From assembly GCF_009914755.1 (NCBI RefSeq), contig NC_060929.1: DNA of 64,000 bases; one strand, 5' to 3'. Under the pieces are notes generated by a model. It had not been told where the DNA came from. It did not search any database and saw only the letters and a program-made list of their open reading frames with translations. The stretch comes from the human T2T-CHM13v2.0 reference genome, Homo sapiens. Position numbers and translations under genes: made by a program. Below are positions 41,447-54,679 of this stretch, piece after piece. Numbering within the stretch: the first letter of the stretch is position 1; the number at the start of each line of letters is the position of its first letter.

Positions 41447-42640
41447 AGTGTCCCATATATGCTTTTCAAAGAACCAAGTGTAGCATGTTTGTTTGCAATA
41501 CCCTGGTTCCTGGATATAAACTAGTTGACAAGACAAGTTCTAGACCTATGGAAACTTCTCATTATAGAAAAGAAAAAATACATGCAAATCAGCAAATATA
41601 CAAGAATGATAAAAGCAACATGACTGGATGCTGTGGGAGTGCATGAGAGGGCCGCCTACCTCAGAATGGGGAGATGGAGGCACACTTCCTGAGAAAATAA
41701 GTTATATCTCTGCTGAGGTCTGAATGAAAAAGGCAGGCTCGGGGGAGGAAAGGAGGGGAAGAGAGATGGAGGAAAAATGTTTAGGCAGGGTTCATTGCAA
41801 GCTCTTGAAGATAAAGAGAGAGGATTGTGCTCAGGGAGTAGAAATAGTTGTGTCGCAGGAGCAAAGAGGCACAATGAAAAGCTGGAGGCCACAAGAGGTT
41901 AAGTGACTTTCCCAGTGTCACCTATTCTGTCTTCTCTTCTGATTCATTAATGAACGTGTTAAATTGCAACAGGTTCATTCATCACGAGTACAATTATATA
42001 CCCCAGGAAATGTTCTGTCAAAAACTCTATTACAGCGTATTCTCTGATAAATCCTTACCCTAGACTGGAGCTTGGCAGTTCTCAGATGGCTGCAACTATT
42101 CCTGTTCATCTTTGCACACCCCGCAGAGCCTATTTGTTGCCTTGCACACAGATCATCTTCAGAGGTGTTTTGGTTGTTGAGATCCCCATCAATATAAATA
42201 ACTGAACCATAAACAGTGATTTCAGGAAGATATTTGATCCTGATTTGAGGGTATCTTTATATTCAGAAGCTAAATGCAAAAACATTTTTAAAAAGCCAAG
42301 AGCAAAAGCTACAGCTTCTTTGATAGCATCCTGTTTGCAAGTCTCATTTGCTTCTGGTATTCTTCCTGTTAGTAGTCAATACAAGTCATCTGTAAGTCAA
42401 ACAAAATTGAATTGATAAAATGATAAATTGACATGAGTCGATCTTAAGGGAGTCCTAAAAACATTAAGATGTGCTTTGCTTCCATTTATAACAATGTGTA
42501 TACAATACTGCATTCATGTAATCAAATTATCTTATAATTTTATTTTGAAAAATCAAATATATTTCACATTATTTTGATGCCAAAATACCAGGGTAATTTG
42601 TTGCTAATGGATTATCATATTTGCTTTCTTCTTTTATTAG

Positions 42641-42709
42641 GTTCATGAAATTTTCAGGAATTAAAGTTAGTCCTGAGGAAAGTTCATGAATGTCTAATGC
42701 TGGACTGTG
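42641..42709 (+). other. Candidate 69-nt non-coding internal exon
   Basis: Branch-like tgctaat at ~42602, acceptor ttgctttcttcttttattag|G, donor GTG|gtaagt; stops in all three frames; sequence signals only. Confidence 0.4.
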
Positions 42710-43104
42710 GTAAGTCCTCAGTCTTCAGCCATTTTTGTTTGGCAATAATATATATTTAGTTTATTTGTCTGGGTTGGTTAAAAGCAGAATTTGTAATTTC
42801 CATCAATATTATCATTTCTTGTTATACTTATTCTGAGATATTTCATATTATTTCTATAAAAAGTTCATTTATTACAGTTTTCTAATTTGTTATAGTCATA
42901 GTGTATTTATTCACCTTATGTTTTTCTTTTGAATTGATCATATGTTAGTAGTAACAAGTATATTATTAGTTGTAATATTTTCTCCCAACATTTTACTAAT
43001 GAAAAATTTTAAATATTTTGGTAAATTGAAAGCATTTTGAAGTGAACATTTATGTACCCAAAATCTGGTTTCTACCATTAGCAGTCTACTTGTTAATCTT
43101 TTTC

Positions 43105-45960
43105 AGCTATTTTTTTTTTTTACTTAATTCTCTTGCCAAATTCTGTGTTTGAATTTTGTACTTTACTCATTCTATAGTTTGTGAATGTTTGGGCTGTTTT
43201 CAGTTTTTGTCTATTATGAAGCATTCTGTAATAAACACTCTTGTATAATTTTTGCTGTATATTTACATTCATTGCTATGGTATATATATCTAGGAGTGGA
43301 ATTGCTTGCTTATAGGATTTATGCATATACAGATCTAGTATATATTGCGAAGGGTTTTCCAAAGTGGTTATATTAATTCCAAAGTGGTTGTATTATTTTA
43401 AAATCACAACAGTATATAAGAGTTATAGTTGCTCCGCATTCTCACTAATACTTGGTATTGTTATTCTTGTTTGTTTTTTTTAAAGCTATTTTAATAGATG
43501 GATATCATGTTTTGTTGTTGCTCTAATTTGGATATTCCTGGTGACTAATGGCACTGAGGATTTTCCAGTTGTTTTTTTTTTTTTTTTGGTCATTTGGATG
43601 TCTTTTTGTGTGTGTGTGTGAAATGCCTGCTGCATACTTTTACTCATTTAAAAATTAGATTGTCTGCTTTTTCTTATTAATTTGCATAATAACTTCATAT
43701 ATTCTGGGAGTCTTCTATCAGCTATATGTATTGAAAACCTCTGCCACTCAGTGGTTTGACTTCTTACTGTCTTAATAACTTTTTATGAACAGTTTTAATT
43801 TTTAATGAGGTCCAAGTTATCAACCTTTTTGTTTATGCTTGATGCTATTTCTGTCTTGTTTAAGAAATCTTTGGCAGTTACAAGGTCATGAAGATATTCT
43901 CCTATTCAATCTTTTACAAGCTTTATAATTTTACCTTTCACATTTAAGTCTTTAAGTCACATTAAGTCAATCCATCTGGAACTTATTTTTATGCATGAAG
44001 TCTAAGGGTCAAGGTTTTTAAAAAATTTTTCCTCTCATATGATTATCCAATTAATCACCACCATTCATTGAGAAAACTATTATTTCTCACTGCACTGTAG
44101 TAGCATCTTTGTTGTAAAGTAGGTAATCATACATGTTTGAGGCTACTTTAGAGTTCTCTATTTTGTTCCAACAGTCTATTTGTCTATTTTTGAGCCAGTA
44201 CCATAGTGTTTTTTTTACTATATTTTTACAATAAGCTTGGTATCTGATAGTGTAACTCCTCCAAGTTTGTTCTCCCTTAAGATTGTATTTCCTAGTGTCC
44301 ACTCTTTGTGTTATAATGTGCATTCTTTTTGAGATGGGGTCTGACTCCATTGCCCAGGCTGGAGTGCAATGGCACAATCATGGCTCGCTGTAGCCTCAAC
44401 ATCCTAGGCTCAAGTGATCCTTCTACCTCAGCCTCCTGAATAGCTGGGACTACAGCCATGCACAACCATGCCTGGCTAATTTTTTTTTTTTAATTTTTAA
44501 GTTATTTTGTAGAGACGAAGGTCTGTGTTGCCATGCTGTTCTTGAAATCCTGAGCTGAAGTGATCTTCCCATCTGGGCCTCCCAAAGTGTTGGCATTATA
44601 GGCATGCACCACCTCACGCAGGCATCATTTGCATTTTACAATGAGCCCATCAATTTCCACCATAAATAAAACAGCTAGAATTTTTATAGGAATTACATCA
44701 ATTTTATCTATCTATCTGTAAATTTGGAATCAATTGACAACTTTACAACATTGAGTTTTCCAATTCTCAAATATACCATAATATAAACCTTCACTTGTAT
44801 ATATTTTTAATTTCTCTTGGTGACGTTTTGCCGCGTTCTTGGTTGCATTACTTTCATTGGATCTACTATAAGGTGTTTGATCAAATCTATTAGAAATGGT
44901 ATTGTTTTGAAGCTTTGTTTTTTAACTTTGGTAGATAGGATATCTAATGTCCTTGCTAAAGATTAATTTGTATTTTATGTTATCTAAAAATAATGGTGGC
45001 TCTCTGTCTCTATTTTCTATCTTTATTTTCTTTTTTTGAAAGCCTCTCTAGGACAGTGTTGCATAGAACTGGTTTTGGTAGACCTTCTTATTTCATGTGT
45101 AATGACAAGAAAAAAGTTCGAAGGGAAGGATTTCTACATTTCAGTATAAAATATTTACTGTAGGTTTAAAAATTCTTTATCTTCACTTTATTAGATTATT
45201 CATAGTTTGTTGAAAATCTGTTTCCTCGTCATAAAATGGAAGACATTGTTAATTTTATCTAAAGAGTTGAATTTATATTTATAAAATTGTTCACAGTGTC
45301 TCTAGTCTTTTTTTAATTGAGGCACAATTTATGCATAGTGAATTATACAGCTCTTAAGTTTATATAATTTGGTAAGTTTTGCCCACATATTAAAAAGCAC
45401 TATAAAGATTTAGAATATTTTCATTACTAAGAAATTCCCTTATGCCCTGTTCCAGTAAACCTCTAACACACATTTGACTTCTTTCACAGATTACATTAGT
45501 TTTTCCTTTTCCTGAACTTCAACAAAAAAGGAATAATACATCTGTATTTATTGGGAGGGGGATTCTGACTCCTTTGTCTCAACATAATATCTCTTAGAGT
45601 CATGCATGCTGTTGCATGTATCAGTAGTTTCTTGTCTTCTTATTGTTGAGTAATATGCCATTGAGTGAATAGGACAACATTTGTTTATCAATTCTGCTAT
45701 CAATTGACAGTGGATTGTTTTCAGTTTGGGGCTTTTGTGGTTAAAGCTGCAATAAGCAATTATATAAAAGCCATTTTGTGGGCATATGTATTACTTTCTC
45801 TTGGGTAAACAGAAGTGGAACCATTGGGTCATAAGATAGATGTACATTTGAAGTTATAAAAATTTGCCAAAGAGTTTTCCAGAGTGGTTTATTTATTTTA
45901 TATTTCCAGTATCAGTTTATGAGAGTTGCTGTTGCTTTACATTCTCACCAATTTGGTGTT
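43105..45960 (-). mobile_element. Old L1ME-like LINE-1 fragments
   Basis: Antisense ORF2/3'UTR remnants (QAIPLLDIY, QIDCWNKIEN); a second 3' end begins at ~45310; boundaries approximate. Confidence 0.7.
44326..44623 (-). mobile_element. AluJ-like element
   Basis: caatcatggctcgctgtagcctcaacatcctaggctcaagtgatcc; diverged dimer. Confidence 0.9.
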
Positions 45961-45964
45961 GTGC

Positions 45965-46432
45965 CAAGCTAATCTTGGCAGAGATTAGCTCAGGATCTCT
46001 CAGAAGTCTCAAGGTGTCACTCAAGCTTGGAGTCTCATCAGATGCTCAAATGGGGAAGGATGTGTTTCCAAGCTTGTAGTCATTAGCAGGATTCAGGTCC
46101 TCATGGATTGTTGGACAGAGGGCCTCAGCTACTTGCTGGCAACTGTCTGAAGGCTGCTTTGAGTTATTTGCCATGTAGCTTTCTCTATAGGGCAGCTTTC
46201 TTCACCAAAGCCAGCAATGAAGAGAATCAGTCATTAAGGTCTGGCAGCAGGGTACAAGTTACCATCTTATGTAACATACTCAAGGAAGTAACATCTTAAC
46301 AACTTTGCCTTATGCTCTTGGTTAGAAGGAAGTTGCAGGTCCTGCCAACACTCCAGGGGAGGGGATTGTACAAGGGCATGAATAACAGGATGTAGGGATA
46401 ATTGGGGCCATCTTAGAGTTTGTCCACCTCAA
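45965..46432 (-). mobile_element. MLT1-family LTR fragment
   Basis: ttgttggacagagggcctcag, ttggttagaaggaagt, aggggattgtacaagggcatgaata and ggggccatcttaga. Confidence 0.65.
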
Positions 46433-46807
46433 CTAGTTTCAGGGATGATTAAAACCCTTCTCCAGAGATGCACACTTTTTTTTGTCTTAGCCATAACACC
46501 TTGGAGAGTAATGACACAACCGAATATGACCAAATAAATGTAATAGGGTGGGACAAATTGGGAGAACTCAGGTTTTGTAGTTACATGTGTTCCTTCATGT
46601 GGAGAAAGTCCAATTACAGTGCAACAAGAGGTTCCAAACTGTGGCTCCTTAATGTCTCAACAGAAACAGGGCACAGGTATGCCTCCTGGCAGATGAGGCA
46701 GATGTTCACCATCTGGGGATGTGTTCACAGGTAGCATGTCTGTCAAGGCGTGGGGATTTTCTGGTAGTGTTCCAGTTCCTGGGAGGGACTTGCAAGAGCA
46801 TGGGTAG

Positions 46808-47157
46808 TACTATGATTTGAAAGCGGCCCCTCCAAATCTCAGATGTTGCCAATGTGATGGTAGTAAGAGGTGGGATTGTTAAGAGGTGATTAGTCCATGA
46901 GGGCTCCTCCCCTCATGAATGAGATTAAGGCTCTTATAAAAGAGGCTTCACAAAGCTTTTGTCTCTTGCCCTTCCTCCATGTGAGAGCATAATGTTACTC
47001 CCCTCTAATGGATGCAGCCCTCACTAAACAACTAAACCTGCTGTTGCCTTGATCTCAGACTTTCCAGCCTCAGGAACTTTGAGAGAAAAATATCTATCTT
47101 TTATAAATTACCCAGTCTGAGATATTTTGTTGTATCAGCACAAGACAGATTAAGACA
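46808..47157 (+). mobile_element. MSTC/D-like MaLR solo LTR
   Basis: t(a)ctatgatttgaa start, ttaagaca end; near-TSD ggtag / ggtaa. Confidence 0.85.
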
Positions 47158-47864
47158 GGTAACAAGCCAATACTGGGCATAATAGCAATATAAAGAAATG
47201 GGTCTAAGACATAACCATGGTGTGTAAATTATTAGAACTAAGGCAGAAGTTTTAGGAGTAGGCTTAGAAATAAGAAACATAGATCTCAGGACTAAGGTAC
47301 CAGGTGAAGACCAGCTCAGGTGAATCCTGGAGAACGTGGGGCTCATAAATTCATAAATTTCTCTTGCTCTCAGACAGGATTGACTTTAGAAAACGGAATT
47401 AAATCTGAAGCTACAAGGGGAGAGAGACCCTAGAATCCAAAAATATTGTAGAATTGATTGTCAGGGTACTCCTCTAAGGCCTTGGATGCTGGCAATAAAA
47501 GTAACCTTACTTTCAGTTTCCTTTTTTTCCCATTCTCTTTTGGACACACCATCTCCAGTGCCTAAATATTCTAGCTCTCCAGGACATTTCTATTTTAAGC
47601 TTCTTTCTAATAGTAGAATAAAATGCCTCGTGCCTTAGTTTGGGATTTTGAATATTCTGGGATAGGTAGAAGAGTTGCATGGGAAAATGGCATGCTATGT
47701 CTATGTCTTTCTGAAATCATATCTACAGACAGCTACTTATCTTTCAATAAAAGGATCTCTGTCCATTCATTTGCTGAATGATGGTTGAGAAGCTACTGTT
47801 GCTATGAACTGTGTTAGTGCTGGAATAAAATTAGAATTTAAAAAATGCACATTATTCCTACCCT

Positions 47865-49428
47865 CAGAATTGGAAAAAACTACTTCACAGAATTGGAAAC
47901 AATTACTCTAAAGTTCATATGGAACCAAAAAAGAGCCTGCATTGCCAAGACAATTCCTAAGCAAAAAGACCAAATCTGGAAGCCTCGTGCTACCTGACTT
48001 CAAACTATACTACGAGGCTCTAGTAACAAAAACAGCATGGTACTGTTACCAAAACAGATATATAGACCAATGGAACAGAACAGAGGCCTCAGAAATAACA
48101 CCACACGTCTACAACCATCTGATCTTTGACAAACCTGGCAAAAACAAGCAATGGGGAAAGGATTCCCTCTTTAATAAATGGTGCTGGAAAAAACAGGCTA
48201 GCCATATGTAGAAAGCTGAATCAGGATCCTTTCCTTACACCTTATATAAAAATTAACTCAAGATAGATTAAAGACTTCAATGTAATACCTAAAACCATGA
48301 AAACCCTAGAAGAAAACCTAGGCAATCCCATTCAGGACACAGGCATGGGCAAAGACTTCATGACTAAAACACGAAAAGCAAGGGCAACAAAAGCCCAAAT
48401 TGACAAATGGGATCTAATTAAACTAAAGAGCTTCTGCACAGCAAAATAAACTATCATCAGAGTGAACAGGCAACCTACAGAATTGGAGAAAATTTTTGCA
48501 ATCTATCCATCTGACAAAGGGCTAATATCCAGAATCTACAAAGAACTCAAACAAATTTACAAGAAAAAAACAACCCCATCAAAAAGTGGGCAAAGGATAT
48601 GAACAGACACTTTTCAAAAGAAGATATTTATGCAGCCAACAGACACATGAAAAAATGCTTATCATCACTGGTCATCAGACAAATGCAAATCAAAACCACA
48701 ATGAGATACCATCTCATGCCAGTTAGAATGGTGATCATTGTAAAGTCAGGAAACAACAGGTGCTGGAGAGGATGTGGAGAAATGGGAACACTTTTACACT
48801 GTTGGTGGGAGTGTAAATTAGTTCAACCATTGTGGAAGACAGTGTGGTGATTCCTCAAGGATCTAGAACTCGAAATACCATTTGACCCAGCCATCCCATT
48901 ACTGGGTATATACCTAAAGGATTATAAATGGTGCTGCTATAAAGACACATGTGCATGTATGTTTATTGCAGCACTATTCACAGTAGCAAAGAAGTGGAAC
49001 CAACCTAAATGTCCATGAATGATAGACTAGATTAAGAAAATATGGCACATATACAACATGGAATACAATGCAGCCATAAAAAAGGATGAGTTCATGTCCT
49101 TTGTAGGGACATGGATGAAGCTGGAAACCATCATTTTCAGCAAACTATCACAACGGCAGAAAACCAAACACTGCATGTTCTCACTCATAGGTGGGAATTG
49201 AACAATGAGAACACATGGACACAGGGTGGGGAACATCACAGACTGGGGCCTGTTTGGAGGTGGGGGGCTGGGGAAGGGATGGCATTAAGAGAAATACCTA
49301 ATGTAAATGATGAGTTGCTGGGTGCAGCAAACCAACATGGTGCATATATACCTATGTAACAAACCTGCACGTTGTGCACATGTACCATAGAACCAAAGTA
49401 TAATAAAAAATACATAAATAAATAAAAA
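47865..49428 (+). mobile_element. 5'-truncated L1PA6/7-like LINE-1 (1.56 kb)
   Basis: ORF2 C-terminal peptides ([34 protein letters not shown]), G-rich 3'UTR, aataaa and A-rich tail. Confidence 0.95.
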
Positions 49429-50350
49429 GGCTTCTGGGTCACATGAGCTTTTCCAAAAACACATTGATCCAATTTTATTTTTTTCACCAATCATTTATGG
49501 TGACTTTGGGCCTGAGATACTTTTTGGGCGATTCTCTAGTAAGTATATAAACTGAATAAAGCAGTTAATCTCAAAGGTCTGTAAATTTCAAGATTGTATT
49601 TGTATTACAAACCTCATTAAAAGCTGAAAATGCAAATAAGTATGTGGGTGGAGAAACAGGAAGTATCTATATTAAATTGTGTTTTATTTTCCAGACTGAA
49701 TTAAAATAATTTCTGAAAAGATGAATAACACCGGTTATGCACATGAGAGTGAGGGCATATTACTTCAAAATGTGTTATGTTTCTACATGCTAATGGGATC
49801 TTTTTGCATCCTCTCAGTTCAGAGAATATAATTCCTCTTATTGGGTAATTTTTATATCTGAAAACTTGAAAGGCAGAAATTAATTTAATCAAATAGCCAG
49901 AGTCTGAATTGCTTCATGTTTCAACTTCAAATACTGAGAGAGGAATGCACTTATTAAAGATGGGTAGTGATTCAGACAGGAACCTCATGGAACCATTGAG
50001 GGCCAGGCTCCTTAAAGGGTTTTTTAAAACTTCAAAAAATTTTTTATCTGCTTTAAAGATCTCTAAATAAAACCATTTTATCTCTCTTATTTGGGAAATG
50101 TTCAATGTCGAATGAGTCTGGAGTTCTTTCCCAGGATGAGTTAAAGTCTCTCTTGCTACTCTTTAAGGCTATTTCTTCTTACTCAGAATGACTGTCAGCT
50201 GCCTAGGATCTTTCATGAAATAATGTTTCATATAATTGAGGAGAGTCATGAAGTCAGATCTCGGTCTCATTATCCAAGTTAAAATCACCAAGCAAAAGAG
50301 CGGTATGTAATCACATACTTAATGTGGAGAAGAAAAAGTCAAAGGTAGCT

Positions 50351-50923
50351 TAGGGGAGGAGAAAAACTTTTTTCCTCTCCCTCTTAGGTTCATTGGCTGG
50401 GGCCCTGTAAAATAGACTGAGAAAAGACAGATTAACAGGAGAAAAGGCAAAAAAATTTTATCTGACGTTAGCTTTTCTTAACACAGGGGCCTTCCTAGAA
50501 AAGAAGTAAAGCTTCAAAGAAGTAGATAGGCCTGAGAATTTATGTACCATTTTTAACAAAGAGTGATAAATTATGGACATGTGACAAGGCTAAGGAAAGA
50601 TTTTTTTAGCTTCTGGGAGTGGTAACCTGAGGAAGGCAGATATATGGGAGAATCTAATGGAAGATCCAGGTTATTTTAGTAAGGCTTGGTTGTGCAGGTT
50701 CATCTTGGTGCCAACTTTCTGTCTTCTTCATGGCCAAAAACTTCCTCGCAGGAGGGAGTCTATGGCAGTACTCATTGCTCAGGAGTTTCTGGTTTTAGTC
50801 AGGTAAAGGAAGTCCTGGCAGCTTCTGTGAAATCTCAGTTTCCTTCAGTTCAAAGTAATCCTTATGTCAAAATGACCTATTTTGGGGTAGCATATTTTGG
50901 GGTGACATTTGGATCACCTTCAG
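50351..50923 (-). mobile_element. ERV1-class solo LTR (MER31/MER67-like)
   Basis: aaaagacagattaacaggagaaaag and terminal tattttggggtagcatatttt...ccttca; family assignment uncertain. Confidence 0.6.
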
Positions 50924-51167
50924 TATCATAGATAGTCTGTTAGTGATAACCCACTGGGTAAACAACTCTAGCCAACTGTCCCTTTTCTTGTAAGTCTCTT
51001 TTCCAAACTTACAATGTATGTTTTTATTCTTCTGGTTTTTCTATTAATCACTTAGATTAGAAGTGGTTATACAGAAGGACATTTCTGTGTGTGAAAAGTT
51101 AAATTGATGCAGACTCTTCTTCTTCTTCCTGGACTGCACTGGTGGAATTCACTTACTCATCAAAACA

Positions 51168-51452
51168 TTTTTTTAGAGACAGGTCTCACTCTTTTTCCCA
51201 GGCTGTAATGCAGTGCTGCAATCATAGCTCACTGTAACCATGAACTCCTGGGCTCAAGTGATCCTCTTGCTTAGCCTCCTGATTAGCTAGGATGATAGTC
51301 ATGCACCACTATGCCCAGCTAAATTTTTAAATTTATTTTTATTTTTTGTGGAGACAAGGTCTCGCTTTGTTGCCCAGGTTGGCTTTGAAACCCTGGGCTC
51401 AAGTGATCCTCCCACCTTAGCTTCCCAAAGTGCTGGAGTTATAGGCGTAAGC
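51168..51452 (-). mobile_element. AluJ-like element
   Basis: caatcatagctcactgtaacc..aactcctgggctcaagtgatcctc; diverged dimer. Confidence 0.88.
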
Positions 51453-54400
51453 TTTTCCAGTCCTTAGTTTGTTCCAGGTACTGTTAAAGGTTCTAGGGAT
51501 GCAGCTGAGAAAATGAAATAAACAATGAAAACATGGCTCCTCTCATGGACTATGAATAAAATGGAGTGATTGTACAGTTTATTCTGGAACTGGAAACTGG
51601 ATTATTCCTTGCTAATCTATTTGTTTTCACTCATCACCTCATTGTTGGTGGTTTTCTAATCAATCATCTAATCAGCATTCACTGAGTGTCCACTCCTGCC
51701 AAGCATTAGGCTCTCGTGGAGCTGGTAATCTAGCTAGCAAGAAGAAATCAAAATGGATCATTGCACGACAATTTTAGGCAATCAAAATATTTCACACAGC
51801 AATACAGGATTAACAGCTTCGCCTAGACTATTAGCTCAATTCTATGACTTCTCAGGAGGTGTTTGCTAAACTATGTCATGGAATATTTCCTTTTCCCTTC
51901 ACAATATTAGTTGGTGGGATATATATAATGTAAAAATAATTTGATGTCTGCCTGCATACCTATGAGTTAATAGAATTGCTGTGGTGACATGGTGAAGTTC
52001 TAATTCTCTTTCTTCATTCTGGGAATCTCTTTGCTCTGAATGAATTTAGTAAGATGTCAGGCTTTCATTGAGTTCACTAAGCCTAGTGATTATTCCATAT
52101 GATTGATTTTATTAAAAATAAGCTTACAAGCAGCAAAATGTTGACAATAATTTGATGTTCCCGAAAATGTCTAACTTTTCTAATTTATGCAAATAATTTT
52201 TTCCTTATTAACTTGCTTTTTAAGCATTGTATTGAATACTAACCATTTGTCACCTATAAAATGCTTTTACTGCTCCTCAGACCATAGCTAGCATTGTGCA
52301 AGTTTTAAAGACAACAAATTAACATTCTATGCTGTGGGTTAACCACTGGAAACCTTGTATAATGGCATTTGATTATATAAGGCTGATGATTTAGTCTCAT
52401 GAAAATCCTACCTAATCGCTTGGGTAACTTTCATCATCTTTCATAAAAGAAGATGACATGAATGCCAGTGATGATAGGGAAATGTCAGATTCTCTTTCTA
52501 GCAGCTGTTGGTACCCAGACTTCCAAAGATTTGACACTTTGTTTGAATCCTGGTAAGCTCTCTGCACTTGAGAAATTATCATTCTGGGTGATTTGGGAAA
52601 TGTTGGCCCACTGAGGGAAAAAAAAAGGTAAGATTGAAAGGGAAGAAGGAAGTTGTAGTAGACATCTTTTAGGGTATCATCCAGCTAAAGAGCCTGCCCT
52701 TTCTTTTGGTGTTTGATACTAGATTTGCGAGGAATAAGCCACCCAGCTTTGTATTAATATAAGCCCCTGTACTCTTGGCGATAACTCCTTGGTTTCTTGT
52801 TACATACATATATGTTGGCAGGAATTTCTTTCTTGGGATTTTGGAATCAGGATGCAAAGACAGCTGGCATACATGTAGATGAGAATGGGACAGTAACAAC
52901 AAAATTTAGGAGCTGAGAATAGAAACTTCTGCCCTGTGAATAAAGGAGGGAGAATGCAGATCTACATAGAATGAAAGGAAGGAAGCAGAGTTTAGCGAGC
53001 AGAAGAAATATGAGATGAGTCTGCTGGGTTCTTGTTCCTTCCAGGTGAAGTGGTAGTGGAATGCTTCCACTGGAGCCAAGTAGAAAGTGAGACCTCCCCA
53101 AGTCACAAAGAGAGAGAGAGCGAGGGAGAGGTGTATCCCCATGGGAAAACCAGAGGGTCATTGCCAGAGGATGGGAGAATGAATGTCAGGAAAACAAAAC
53201 AAAGGAGGTTCTCTGCAGTCAGAGAGGCAAAGGGAGAATTTTTAAATAAAAGAAAGTTTTTCTGATTATCCGACTAAAGTTACAAGTCATTGTAGAATTG
53301 GAATTAAAATTGTTTGAAAAGATGTTTAAATGTAAGTGATAAGTACACTACTATTTTCTTGCTCCTTATTAACATTGATTTTGTGATCATTTGATCAGGA
53401 TTAGGGTGATATTTTCCTCATGTATATAGTATATGTAGAAAGGATTCTTTCTAATGAACTGTGAAATTGTGACATAAGAGGGTTCCTGTTTACCCACTTA
53501 AGCAAATGCTTCAGGAGGCAGTTTAGTAATATCCATTACTTCGTGCATATATTGCTAATGATTACAAATGTGTTTTTCTGGCACACTTTGAAGGGTAAAA
53601 CAATATTTAGTAATTTAAACCTTCAGGTGTCATTTCCTGCAGTTATTTTGATTTGGTAAATTTCTACTTGGCCATCATCCATTTTTGATTCTCTAGCAAG
53701 TTGTGGGAGACTTTGGTTTTGAACAACTGTCAAATAATTTATATACACTCTTTAAAGAATGATTGGATATTAGGGATGAGGATATGTCCTTATCTTTTGC
53801 TTCCCTGGACAGTTACCCATTTCTGTTCATCATAATATTGCCATCTGCTTCCATGAGTATAAAAAGTCATGCAAGGAGACAGTCAGACAGGTCTTGTTTG
53901 ATAATGGTCATTTGTGGCCTTCTCTGCTTGTAAGAAGGCTCGGAGGGCTCTGTGACCTTCACAATGGTAGACATTTAACCACAGAAACAATGTGAGTAGA
54001 AAACATAAGCAGAGAGCCAAGAGGGAAATTTAATTTCTGGCTTACTTTTTACATGAGAGATCAAGACATGACTAAGCATATCGCCCAAGCTTGCTTATGA
54101 ATAGCCAGATAGACACAGACCTAGGATCCAGCTGGGAGTTTTCTAACCTGGCCACTTTTATACCTGCATTGGGTGTGGCCACTCTGAGAACCGCAGTAGC
54201 TTTTTTCACCTCGTCTTACAGAGGGCAGCCTGGATCATGTTCAGTGTTCATTCTCCTGCCTAACCCACTCTGACCACTGTGGTAACCCTCTGAGTGCCTC
54301 ACCCTTCCTTTTCCTAGTAAACATAGTGGATACCACAGCTTATTCCCTGACAGGGGTCCTGTCTGAGGGGCCACCTGGGAGTAGTCAGCACCAGTGCCTT

Positions 54401-54679
54401 GGGCCTCTGTTTCTTCAGCAACGGCAAAATGTACTTGGGTGACAACAGTCTGCCTTTGAAATAACTGGAGAGCAGTGAATTGCTTGAGCCGTGGATTGTC
54501 TGCATGCAGATATGGACCCAGGCATCCAGAAGAGAGATAGCTCAAGAGGCCTGGGGGAAATAAGATTTGACCTATTTAGAAAGGAGTAGAAGCATTGAGA
54601 GGGAGGTCTTTGAGGAGAGGTGGGAAAGCTTTCAGTGGGAAGAACTGCATGACCCAATACAGAACTGGAAATATTAACA

